A stretch of 63,386 nucleotides of DNA, the filler included, from Octopus bimaculoides (Eukaryota), in assembly GCF_001194135.2 (NCBI RefSeq). It is 4 parts of 4 records of this genome, joined end to end, with 100 filler letters (N's around TTAATTAATTAA, not from the genome) between each part and the next. Parts side by side here need not be neighbours in the genome. Positions count along the whole stretch, not along the records: positions 28,403 to 43,600 come from NC_069001.1; positions 43,701 to 55,762 come from NC_068982.1; 2 more parts are not named here. The stretch is one strand, 5' to 3'. The position numbers and the translations under genes were made by a program. Shown in pieces: positions 36,711-49,628 of this stretch (positions are counted from its first letter, which is position 1; the number at the start of each line of letters is the position of its first letter). The notes below the pieces were generated by a model that was given only the letters and a program-made list of their open reading frames with translations, was not told where the DNA came from and ran no database searches.

Positions 36711-38358
36711 TAATATTCGAAGAACACGTTGGAACGGTTTGATATCTGGCGTTGTTTTTAATACTAAAAACAAAATTTTGGAAGATCTCAGGTTTCTAAC
36801 AATCATCACAAGTTCGTTTTTGCTGTGACAGACAAACCAACTTGATTCCATATCACAAAGTTATGAAATGTTTAGCAAATTTAAAACTAACATACCTTGT
36901 TTACAGGCCAAATTCTATTTTCCGCATTAATATACGTATTGATACTGTATTTGATTGCAAGCGCCACAATTTTTTGAGAGAAATATTCTCATCTAAGGAA
37001 GTGGCATCTTTGGGATTTTTTCTTCTTTTACTAAAAAAAAAAAAAAACTCCAAATGCAACATTACCTCAAAATTTCTCAAGTCATCTTAAAATAACATAT
37101 TAAAAAAAAAAATTAAGAAGTTTCATTTATATTCTTTTTTCTGATATACTTTACTGAAAAAATGTACACAGAAACTTTTTATTCAGATCAGTTTTGAAAT
37201 AAAGCTATTTTCAACCGCACACCCCACCAGAAAAAAAAAAAACAACAAACAAACACGAAATAAATTTCTTATTCTTGAGTAATGAATCGTTAATTCTTTT
37301 GGCAACGTTGGTTTTTCACAGATTGTACATGAGAATGTTTTCTAAAAGTATGGAGAATGAGAGGTTATTGTAAAGCAACCATTTCTTATAGAGTTGGATC
37401 TGAGACATCCTTTTGACAGCTTTTGAAACAACTGGAACATCTACATGGCCTCTCCAACATACTATAAGCAGTAGTTAAATTTCCTTACCTCTTCAATGTC
37501 ATTTTTCGTTTTTTAATTTCATTTTTAGGTAGCGAATTGGCAGTCATTGGCACATCGGCTAGAATGCCTCGTGCATGCAGTTCCACTCTCCCATAATTTC
37601 TAACTTGAATGGCCGTTGAAGTTAGTTTTGTCATTCATGCTTTCGGCTTTGATTATATATATATATATATATATGTATTTATTTTTTCTTAGTTAATAAT
37701 TACCTCCGACAAAATAAATTGGTTAATAGATACCAGGGTAGTAACGATCACAAAATGATTGTGGTATAACTCCTGTTTATGAGGTAGAAACTCCGTTATT
37801 TTGGGAAATTGAGTAAATATAAACGTTTAATAAATGGAATAATACGCATATGTTAAATGAATTCTTTAACATATACGTATTACTCCATTTAGTAGATTTA
37901 TATATATGTATGTGTATATATGTGTGTATATATGTATAACCACAGGCGTGGCTGTGTGGTAAGAAGCTTGCTTTCCAATATGATTCCGGTTTCCTTTTTT
38001 CTGGGTCCTCGGGCCGACCAAACCCTTGTGAGTGGATTTAGTAGACGGAAGCATCACCGAGAAACTTATGTGTGAGGGTGTGTGGCCTTTAACAGAGTCT
38101 ACTCTGTGGCATGTAGTCGGGCCAGAAATCCATCTTGAGGATACTGTCTACCTTCCCTCACACACCTACGCCCTCGCATATAACGGTTTCAGCATGTAAA
38201 ATCGTTAACCCAGGCACGTTTTTTTCTTTCTCCGTTTTCTTTCCTCATCTCTGTCGTCTATACACCTATAGGCGTACATTCGTATCGGAACATACACATC
38301 CATACCCGTATGTAACCATACTTGTACGCATAAATGCGCGAATATACACAGGCGCGTG

Positions 38359-38390
<32 letters not shown>

Positions 38391-38449
38391 TGAATGCATA
38401 AACAACTGCACACATGCTCGCACAAGCGCATATATATATNNNNNNNNNN

Positions 38450-38491
<42 letters not shown>

Positions 38492-39103
38492 GCATACACA
38501 AAAACGCACGCGAAAAATTATACATAGATAGACAGATATTCTGGATACACTTGGATTTTCAGAAAAGGAAATCAACCAACTGCTTTGCATATTACAAATA
38601 CAATCAATAGATGGAAAAGTAAAACTATGCAAGACTTTTCTCGGGTTTAAAATGTGACATTGTTTTCGTTTTCTAAATTCCAAAGATGGAGGTTTGTATC
38701 TTTGCTAGAAACCAACTCTTTCTCCAGTGGAAGAATTTAAATGATTAAATGCAGAAGAGCCATATATACATGTATGCATGCATGATGGCTGCAAACTCGT
38801 GTTCGAGTATTGCCATCATCTGATCGAAAGTCCCACACATGCGAAGACCACGACCAGCCATTTTTGTGATGATTTTTTTAAATTCTGGGGTAAGGACTTG
38901 CACAAATCCAATCCCATTCTCTAGACATGGACAACATAAACTCGAAAAGAAGTATACTAAATTATCGAATATTGTCAGTGTCGCATGCTTTTGCTCTCCA
39001 AGAGAGATGTTCTGACAACAACAGAGAGGCCCTCCCATTCTCAGTGGGCCAACCGCGCGCCTGGACACCAGCCCAGGTATTTCCACGACCCCGCGCATGC
39101 ATG

Positions 39104-39135
<32 letters not shown>

Positions 39136-41067
39136 CATACATTCATTCATTTTGGATACGCTTGGATTTTCAGAAAAAAAATACAATCTGTAAACGGAAC
39201 AGAAAAACTATGGAAGGTTTTTCTCAAGTTTAAAATGTGACATTGTTTTCGTTATCTAAATTCCAATGATGGAGCTTTGTATCTTTGTTAGAAAGCTCCT
39301 TCCTCAGAGGAAGAATTCAAATGATTAAATACATACATACATGCATACCGATGCACATAAGTACGCCAAGACACGCACACATACATACGGGCACATACGC
39401 AAATTTTGACCTGCATACTCCCACCCCAACTTCACACTCCATACCTACACGTATCTACTGACACGTATCTACCGACACGTATCTATACAACGCCCCTACC
39501 TATCACTCCTCTACAGACTTCTAATAATATAAGAATCGTTATTCCTTATCTTAATACCCTCAAACCATCAGTATACATATTTTAGTAAGGCGGCTGTAGC
39601 AGAAACGACAACAAAATCGACATAAACAAACTTGTTTATTAAAGCAAACAAGATTGTGCACACAGCGGGTTTCCGCTCTGAAAGAATCACCCTTCACTCC
39701 GAAAACCAGAAGTTTTACGTCACATCCGGTTGGCCGTATACATGGTACTACAGGTTTTCTTTCTTTTGTTCTTGCTTTTTTTTTCTTTTTGCACTTTAGC
39801 TCGTAAGTGTCGCATCGCAGAGAAATTTAAAGATCTGAAGCTGGAGGGCCAGAAAGCGATAACAAAAATAATTAAAAAATCCGGATGCCACAAATACAAG
39901 GCAGTAGAAATGTAGATGAGATCGCGAAGTCGTTTAGTGATATTGTCACACACACCTACACACTCGTTTATTTTAAAAAGTTGACAGCGACTTTAAAGTT
40001 TCGCTTGAACTGGGTTTTCAAGCTGTCACTGTTTGGGTTCAAACCCATTGCGTGGCACCTCGGGCAAGTATCTTCTCTTGTAGCCCCTTGTATATATGTA
40101 TATATGCATGTATGTATGTACGTGTGCATGTGTGTGTGTGTATGAATGTGTGTGTGTGTATGAATGTATGTACGTGTGTGTGTTTGTATGTATGTATGTG
40201 TGTGTGTCTGTGAACTGTAACCAAGATCTAACCAAGATCCAAGACTCGTTCACTGGAATTTCAACATCATCAACAGGATATGTATGTATGTATGTACGTA
40301 TGTATGTACGTATGAGCACTTTGTATGTTTTATGAATGTATTTTCATGCATATATACTTGCATATCTAGACATATTCATATATACTGAAATGATAAACTT
40401 CTGGAAAGTTTTACAGATTTTTACACTTCCTGTGATGGTTTGAATCTGTAGTCTTAGAATTAGCTTTCTCCTTTCTGGTTCTGAGAAGCTTAATTCGTCA
40501 AGATTGGATTTCGGCAGTGTGTTACATATCCCAGGGCCCCAATAATTACAGGTATAAACGTGAACTTGTAATCTAGATAAGAGTAACTACAGATTTCTCA
40601 ACAGTTCAGCATAGGTGTTCTCTTTTTCATTGATCCTCAGCTTTATGCAAATATCCGCTGGGCATGCCTATAAAAAATTAGATATGAATATCCATTTATA
40701 TGTATGTATATATGTGTGTGTGTGTGTGTGTGTGTGAGTGTGTGTGTGTGTGTGTGTATGCGCGCACACACACACCATAATTTTTTTCGCAGATCCTGTC
40801 TACAAAATTTCATTTATAAAGCATTAGTGCAGCTCAGGTCACAGCAAAAAAGTCAAACGTGCAAGATGCGCACTGTGAGTTTGAACCCAGAACTACGTGG
40901 CTACGTTAATTAGTAATACGCCTACCTGTGTATCTAAACGATGCTGATTAATTATCCGTTCATTAAATATAGCTAGAAATTCCATAAAAATTTCAATTTT
41001 AATGAATGAACAATGAAACGAACGCGCTGTCGATAAGTTGCCAACGAGTTCGGGTGATTGAATTAAC

Positions 41068-41102
<35 letters not shown>

Positions 41103-41656
41103 GCTGCTACAGCTGCTGCTGCTGCTGCTACTGCTGCTGCTGGTTTCTCTTTGATCACTGTAACAACAACGAGTAGAAGTCACTACGGGTGGGAGACTCG
41201 TTGATTGATTGAAGGTGAGAACGGGGTAGGAATGGGACCGAGGTTTGGTTAGGTGGTTGGTGCTGGGGATGGTTGTGATGGTGGTGGTTAGGATGGTTGT
41301 GGGAGTGTGTATGTGGGAGGGAGTTCAGCAATCTACACCGTGGTGGTATGCATCAAAATAAAGAAAATATCAATAAATGGCGAAGTGATCTTGGTGGAAG
41401 ACCAAGCAGAAAAGTCATCAATGTTTGATTAAACCCCAGAAGTGTTTCAATAATTAAATTATTGTTTTTACAAACACACATACACACACATGCGGGCACG
41501 CGCACACACATACACACAGAGACAGATTTATATATAATAGAAAATTTAATACATATATATATATATATGTTTATAGATATATGACAAATAATGATAACAC
41601 AAGTTTTTGTTATAGTTCCTGTGTATATATATATATCATAAATACGTATATATGCA

Positions 41657-41694
<38 letters not shown>

Positions 41695-41728
41695 GCGTGA
41701 CTATATAGATATTCTCTCTCTCTGTCTC

Positions 41729-41785
<57 letters not shown>

Positions 41786-42633
41786 GTACATACATGCATA
41801 TAATAATAATAATAATAATAATAATAAAAGAAGAAAATGAAAATAAAGAAGAATAAGAGGTCTTTGTGGAATATATNNNNNNNNNNNNNNNNNNNNNNNN
41901 NNNNNNNNNNNNNNNNNNNNNNNNNNNNNNNNNNNNNNNNNNNNNNNNNNNNNNNNNNNNNNNNNNNNNNNNNNNNNNNNNNNNNNNNNNNTATATATAT
42001 GTATATATATCATCGTCTTCCCAATTATCATCATCGTCTTGATCATCAAATTGTGTTATAAATCTCCCATTGTTTTTGAGATTTCTGCAATATAATTGAT
42101 AATTCTTAATCGATTAGTAACAACACCTGATATATCCCACCCTGTGTATCGAACTATATCGAACTCATCTATTTGTTGTTTTACCACCTGGAATTCTAAG
42201 GGAGAAAAGGAAAAAAAAAAAAAAAATGAAATACGAACAAGTATCTTTACTCTGCAACACGTCCACCATTTCTTTACAGCACCCCGGCCAATTAACCGCC
42301 AACGAAAATCACCGACAAAATGTAATCAATAATGTATATATATTCCCCCTGTAACCTTTCCGAGAATCGAACTTGTGTGAAACATGTTTTTTCTCCTTCC
42401 AAAATAACATCTTTTTTTTACTTTTTCTGCCTTCACTTTCAAGTTGATAAATACATGTATGTTTGTATGTATGTATGTATGCATGTGCATACACACACAC
42501 TAACACAAACACATATATATAGTGGTACATACATATACACACACACATGTATATGTATATACACATCAAAATGTACTTACATATACACATATATATACAT
42601 ATATATATATAAACTACAAGCAATATTTGTACG

Positions 42634-42693
<60 letters not shown>

Positions 42694-43545
42694 ATATACA
42701 TGTGTGTGTGTATATATATATGTGTGTGTGTGTGTATGTATATACTTCATGTTATAATATATTAATAAATAAATATATATATAAATATGCATATATATAC
42801 ACGCAAATATACTTGTACGTGTGTGTTTATGTGTGTGTGTGTATGTATCATACGTATATGCACGCTCACACACACATATAGACGTTTGTATATATGTATG
42901 TATGTGTATATGTATGTATGAATGTATGTATGTATATATGTACGTCTGTCTGTCTGTCTGTATAAATGTATATATGTATGTATGTGTGTATGTATATATG
43001 TATGTATGTATGTGTGTGTATTTTTGATCTTTTCTCGCTGTTACCATTTACACGATACACCATTTTAAAAAGAGACTTAGTTTAGCCCGCTATTCCTCCC
43101 AGATCTGATCTGATAACCATTATAAAAAGACATGAATAATAAAGAAACGAAATAGTTCGAGACAAGGCACCCTGCTTTATCGGGAAACAAAGCTGGATCA
43201 GCGTGGGATTATTACAACAGAGATTTTCACCAAATCATTTGTAAAAGATCTTTTGAAGAAGAAAAAGCTTCCACGGCTTAAACAGAATAAAGAAATTATT
43301 CAGAAATGCATAAAACAAAAATATAACTTCAACAGTGATCACGCTATAACAACAATGACAACAACAATGACAACAAGTGAAATGATAGCAGTGACAAAAA
43401 CTTTGTAGGAATAAATATCGATCATGGCACTTCTAGTGGAAAAACATAATATTACGTTATTTATTTAATAATGCATAAGGGGATACGTACGTATGTATGT
43501 GTGTGTGTGTATGTATGTATGTAAGTTGGTGTGTGGATGTGTGTG

Positions 43546-43600
<55 letters not shown>

Positions 43601-43700
43601 NNNNNNNNNNNNNNNNNNNNNNNNNNNNNNNNNNNNNNNNNNNNTTAATTAATTAANNNNNNNNNNNNNNNNNNNNNNNNNNNNNNNNNNNNNNNNNNNN
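43601..43700. other. Artificial scaffold join N44-TTAATTAATTAA-N44
   Basis: Same construct as at 28303. Confidence 0.95.
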
Positions 43701-43701
43701 A

Positions 43702-43936
43702 GTAGGTGCCTTAGCTATAATAAAAAAATATTCAGACAAATACATAACAAAAACACCAGGACTTACAAATATATATAACATACAGAAAATTGCACTACTG
43801 GGTACTGCACACATTCTACGCAAAACACTTTCAATACAGTAAACATAAGAGCACCACAGCAAACCACAGCACATACCCAAGGCGCACAGAGCCGCGCTCG
43901 GTAGTGAAGTGAAAGCACGTTATAAAAATAAAACTA

Positions 43937-44003
<67 letters not shown>
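43702..44003 (+). mobile_element. 3' end of a restriction-like-endonuclease (RLE) non-LTR retrotransposon (HERO/R4/NeSL-like) with (AAT)n tail
   Basis: Open frame VGALAIIKKYSDKYITKTPGLTNIYNIQKIALLGTAHILRKTLSIQ* (43702-43842), typical of an RLE-LINE C-terminus, followed by a short UTR and (AAT)n. Confidence 0.75.
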
Positions 44004-44207
44004 TTTTCTGCTATAGGTACAAGGCCTGAAATTTGGGGTAGGGGATAGTCGATCACATCCACCCGTGTTTCACAGGTTCTTAATTTATCGACCTTTAAAG
44101 GATGAAAGGCAAAGTGAACCACGGCGGAATTTAAACTCAGAACATAGCAACGGGTGAAATAGCGCGATGCATTTCCTCTAGCGCACTAACGAGTCTGGCA
44201 GCTCGCC
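44004..44207 (-). mobile_element. SINE family A
   Basis: Reverse complement of the family A consensus, with (AAT)n on both sides. Confidence 0.8.
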
Positions 44208-44357
<150 letters not shown>

Positions 44358-44600
44358 CGAGGTAATTTCCTTTACAGTCTCAAATAATGAGAAAGTCAAT
44401 ATGAGATCTATAGAGAAAAATTGCAAGATACCAGGGCCGAGCCTTTCAGTTACAAAGATTATGGAAAGCGCAGGTAAGATGTATCCCTGTAGATATAGGT
44501 GCATTAGCAACTATTCCTAAAGGAAATAGCCAAAAAACTTAATTTAGTGCAGCTCCAGAAAACAGAATTATTAGTGACAACTAGGATACTTAGCCTGGTC
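44358..44600 (+). mobile_element. Second, more decayed RLE-LINE 3' fragment
   Basis: EKIARYQGRAFQLQRLWKAQVRCIPVDIGALATIPKG, then frameshifted VQLQKTELLVTTRILSLVL. Confidence 0.7.
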
Positions 44601-44922
44601 CTTGACATCATTGTTCTAGCTCGATGTCATGAATTTTTCTATTCCAAAGTTTGATGTGCACATATGAAAGAATAATTATAATAATAACGATGATACTAGC
44701 AATAATAATATTATTATTAATAATAATAATAATAATAATAATGATAATAATGATAATAATAATAATAATAACAATAATAATAATAATAATAATAATAATA
44801 TTAATGATAATAATAATAATAGGGTCCTTGTTGTGATTTGACAGAAAAGACAACCCCAACCCCCCAGTACACAATTTTTTTAATCAACAACATCACCTTA
44901 TTGGATACTATGTGACGTATTA

Positions 44923-44987
<65 letters not shown>

Positions 44988-45832
44988 NNNNNNNNNNTGT
45001 AAACTGGGAATGCATACAACGAGTTTCTCTGCCCTAGGTGTACGGAAAACCCTCGGCGAGAAATGGAAGAACATTTGAAGAAAGAAGAAAAGAACAACAT
45101 AATAATAATAATAATAATAATCGTGTTAACTGGAACGACTCATATACTGAGAAGAGCATTATCGCTGTGAAAACAACATCCATTCATGAACTTATTTATT
45201 TATTAATGTTTTCACATACATATTTTACCTGTGAATTGCGTGTATAAACTGGGAATTCATACAATAAGCTTCTCTGCCCTAGGTATACGGAAAACACTCG
45301 GCGAGAAATGGAAGAAAATTTGAAGAAAGAAGAAAAAGAAACAACATAATAGTAATAACAACAATAAGAAGTAGAAGAAGAACAATAAGAGCAACAACAA
45401 CAACAACAAAAGTTAAAAAGTTACAACGTTGTCAAATGTGAAAGCCGCCATCACTAATTCGATTTGGGGCTTGAAAAAGTACGTTGCGTATCGAAACGAA
45501 CTGATATTATCTCTGGTTAGAAATGTCATCGAAATCTGAGTTGTTTTTGCTTACGACAATAAATTCGATGGATACTTTTCGTGTACAGTTTAAGTTTTTT
45601 TGTTTTGTTGTTTTTCAGTTTCGGTCGTTATTAATGTGTAATTTTTGGTTTTCGTTGAGGAAATTTTTTTTTTTTTGCGGTTGGAATGGTTATGAAATGG
45701 CTGTAGTTGTGTCATTTGTGTTGCTTTTTTTGTGTCCTCAAAATGGGGCTCTGTATTTTCCTCCTCTTTCGTTTTCTCCCTTGAAAGACTATTTGCTGTT
45801 TCGGCCTATTCTCCATGTCATTCCCCAAGGTA

Positions 45833-46216
45833 GTGGAGGCGCAATGGCCCAGTGGTTAGGGCAGCGGACTCGCGGTCATAGGATCGCGGTTTCGACTCCC
45901 AGACCGGGCGTTGTGAATGTTTATTGAGCGAAAACACCTAAAGCTCCACGAGGCTCCGGCAGGGGATGGTAGCGAACCCTGCTGTACTCTTTCACCACAA
46001 CTTTCTCTCACTCTTACTTCCTGTCTTTGTTGTGCCTGTAATTCAAAGGGTCAGCCTTGTGATACTGTGTCACGCTGAATATCCCCGAGAACTACGTTAA
46101 GGGTACACGTGTCTGTGGAGTGCTCAGCCACTTGCACGTTAATTTCACGAGCAGGCTGTTCCGTTGATCGGATCAACTGGAACCCTCGACGCCGTAAGCG
46201 ACGAAGTGCCAGCAAC
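45833..46216 (+). mobile_element. Full-length SINE family C with a 12-bp TSD
   Basis: A box TGGCCCAGTGG and B box GGTTTCGACTCC; flanked by ttccccaaggta (45821-45832) and ttcccgaaggta (46219-46230). Confidence 0.9.
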
Positions 46217-46741
46217 TCTTCCCGAAGGTATCATTGGGAGGTGGTGAAACTAACCGAAACGTTTGGGTATCTGAGTCGTTGTTTTTGCTGTTGATGGTGG
46301 TGGTTTCGTGAGCATTGTTTTCTAAAGAATCCGGTTCTTCCATGAGTGCTCAGAGCAAAATTTTCCGCTGTCTTGGTTTTGGTGTAGGTGTCCATCACTG
46401 CTCCACTTGTTGTTAGTGCAGATATTTTGGCAGCAAAGGTACTTTTGTTTTCTTTAACAGTGGGCAGAACGCCTTTTGAGGGAGGGGATAAGGCGATTAC
46501 ATCCACCCTTAGTTTTCAATTGGTATTTACTTTATCGACCCCGAAAGGATAAAAGCAAAGACGACATCGGCTGCTGCTGATAATGATTATGATGATACCT
46601 AAAAAAAAACTGAAGGAGAATTAAATTAAATTGCCGGACTGCAGGAAATACCAATATATTCTGTATGAATCCTGAGGAAAATTTGAGTTGACTTGTTGTC
46701 ACCAAACTTTAAGATAAAGTACCTGCTAACTTAGCATACAC

Positions 46742-46793
<52 letters not shown>

Positions 46794-46809
46794 GGTGGTA
46801 ACGATAATA

Positions 46810-47085
46810 ATGCCTTCACAAGTTCAGCTAGTTCGGGGAAGGGGTAGGTCGATTACAACGACCCCAGTGATCAAGTGGTGCATATTTTATGAACTCCAAG
46901 AAGATGAAAAGCACGACGGAATTTGAACTCCGAACGTAAAGACGGATGAAATGCTGCTAAGCATTTTGTGCGGTATGCTAACGTTTCTGCTAGCTCTCCT
47001 CCTCAATNNNNNNNNNNGTAGCGGCAAACGAAATACCGCTAAGCATTTCGCCCGGCATGCTAACGATTCTACCAGCTCTCCGCCT
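46810..47085 (-). mobile_element. SINE family A copies
   Basis: atttgaactccgaacgtaaagacgga...aagcatttcgcccggcatgctaacgattctaccagctctccgcc. Confidence 0.75.
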
Positions 47086-47105
47086 TAATGATAATGATGA
47101 TGATG

Positions 47106-47214
<109 letters not shown>

Positions 47215-49523
47215 GTATAGTTAAAATTAATTTGATGGTAAATAAAACAGAGAAACAACAATATTAATGGTTGTAACTCTAGGAAACTATCACATTCAGG
47301 TTTATAAAACACAGAATAAACCATGGTAATTCTTTCATTCATATTAGCCTATTTATTTAATTATTTAATTAAAAAAAACAACTATCACGATGCGTTTTTG
47401 TATATTTGTATTTGAGTTGTCTCTGTTTATTTATTTCCCCGTTAGCTTCGCGTGGTGTATTCACTAGACGATGACACGACTTCTTGGTAGAAATAGGCCT
47501 TAATTCGATTACATATCTTCTTCATGGGAAAAAAGCTACTAGAAACTTCATTAACAACAACAATATCATCAACAAGCGAAATCGCAGCACAGCAGAGAAG
47601 AACGAATATAATGACTATTTACAAACACATCGACAGAAGAAATATCTGCAGCAGGCATAATACCAGAAAAATATAGTATAACCAATAACAAAACAAAGAA
47701 AAACATATTAAAAGAAACAATCAGTTCCATAAAGGTTATCATTTGAAATACAAACATTAGGCTCGGCACTTTGTAGCATGTAAAAAACCAACTATTGTTA
47801 TTGTTATTCTTGTTGAGAAAACGTTTCAAATGTGACCATCCTGACATTTTCCTTTTTATTTCTGTCATAGTGCATCGAGAATGACATAATGCAAAGTACT
47901 TATGAGATGAGAGTTCTGAATTTAAGGACATGTGGCAGGTTGAGCGACAAGCTGCAGGCTCCGGAATTGGCTCATAAAAGTCGCACGTAGATCCGATGGA
48001 ACATTGCATTGGATATCACAAAGTCTTAGCCAAAACGTTCTGAAAATGGTTTTGATTTTGGCTTAGTCAGAAAAACAAGACCAGTAACTATGACCTTAAG
48101 CAGAGCTTCCAGATTGAGATTGGGGACTTAGTTTATATGCAGACAATAGATTCATGCCCCCTTAAATTTATACAAATCCAGGTAAAATCGTATTCTAGTA
48201 CATTAATTTCTTTGATAACGAAATTAGTAATACGTATTTGAGCCCCACTCCCCACACACATTTAACAAACGTACAGAAAGGAAAATGTTTCTCAAAATAC
48301 ATCTTGTATTTGAACATATTATTTATAGCCATCAATGTCAGGAACACATTATGTTTCTCTGTAACTATATAGGGGGACGTATTTCAAGTACATTTTGTTT
48401 ATCTCTTGACCGATTTTAGTTTTTGAAACATATTTCCATTGAGTTTCGTTTTCCACATAAATGATTTCATTTTTCATGTAACCACTTGGTAGCCTGTTAT
48501 GTGTTTGATACAAATAACTTGCAAGAAACAAACTTGCAAAAAGAGAATGATAAAAAAAAATTACTTTGTAGTCAGGAATTTAAAAACATAAAAAAAAAAC
48601 AAATTGGACGTACAGGCTTCAGTAAATTTTGGGTGGTCAGAGTGGACACTGATGCCGTCGATCAAAGGAATAAGATTAAAAGAGAGGAAACTATACAATA
48701 TTTTGCTTTCCTTTTTAGATTCTGAATATGTTGGATTCGGGTGGGATATTGTTCACAAGAATAATTGTGAAAACACATAATCAGTAATGGGAACTAATGA
48801 TCTTTTATAAAAATCTGAATTATATTGCCCAAATCACAACCGATCACATTAAAGATGGAGGATATATCGAGTCATGTAGGCTCATGTACTGCGAACAAAA
48901 ACAGAGAAGCTTTAATTCACAGGTCAATCCATTACAGATGCATAGAGAAAATACGACAGATTTGTAACAGAGGAGTTTTATTAATTTAGTTAACTAAAAT
49001 TACAACAGAGAACAGGTAGTTATTTCTTCGCCTTATGAGAACAAGAAAGGCAAACTAAAGATATTTGAAGCCGGAATGTAAGGACTTTTCGAAACATAAT
49101 ATAATAGTCATTTGAAAGGAGGATTTCCCGTTCGAGCAACTCAACTAACAATTACAAATCTAAAAATGACTGCCAGAGAAAAAATGATATTCGGAATGTC
49201 AACAATTTCAACAAATCATGCATCATGTGATGGAAGAGAGAAAAAAAAATCAGACACACACACACACACACGCTCAGCAGGACGAGAAATAGCTCAAACA
49301 CCTGCACAAAGCAACAGAAAAAAAAAAGAAAAATATATCGAAAATAAACTACCAGTAACATAATCATGATCATGATCAGTACCATCAGAAATTTCGACAT
49401 TAAGAGCAAAAAAAGGTAGCAAACAAACGACAGGAGAGGACGGGGGAAAAATTGTGTGATTATGAAAACAAGAGCATCAATGTTAGGAAAATAGCCAAAT
49501 AAATAAATAAATAAATGATGATG

Positions 49524-49585
<62 letters not shown>

Positions 49586-49588
49586 AGA

Positions 49589-49628
<40 letters not shown>

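Noticed and set aside
45833-45910. tRNA gene
   Set aside because: It has A and B boxes but no complete cloverleaf or Pol III terminator, continues into a conserved body and tail, and has a TSD. It is a SINE head.
47569-48009. 146-aa minus-strand ORF with a Cys-rich start
   Set aside because: No recognisable domain or splice support, and its second half is low-complexity T-rich sequence.
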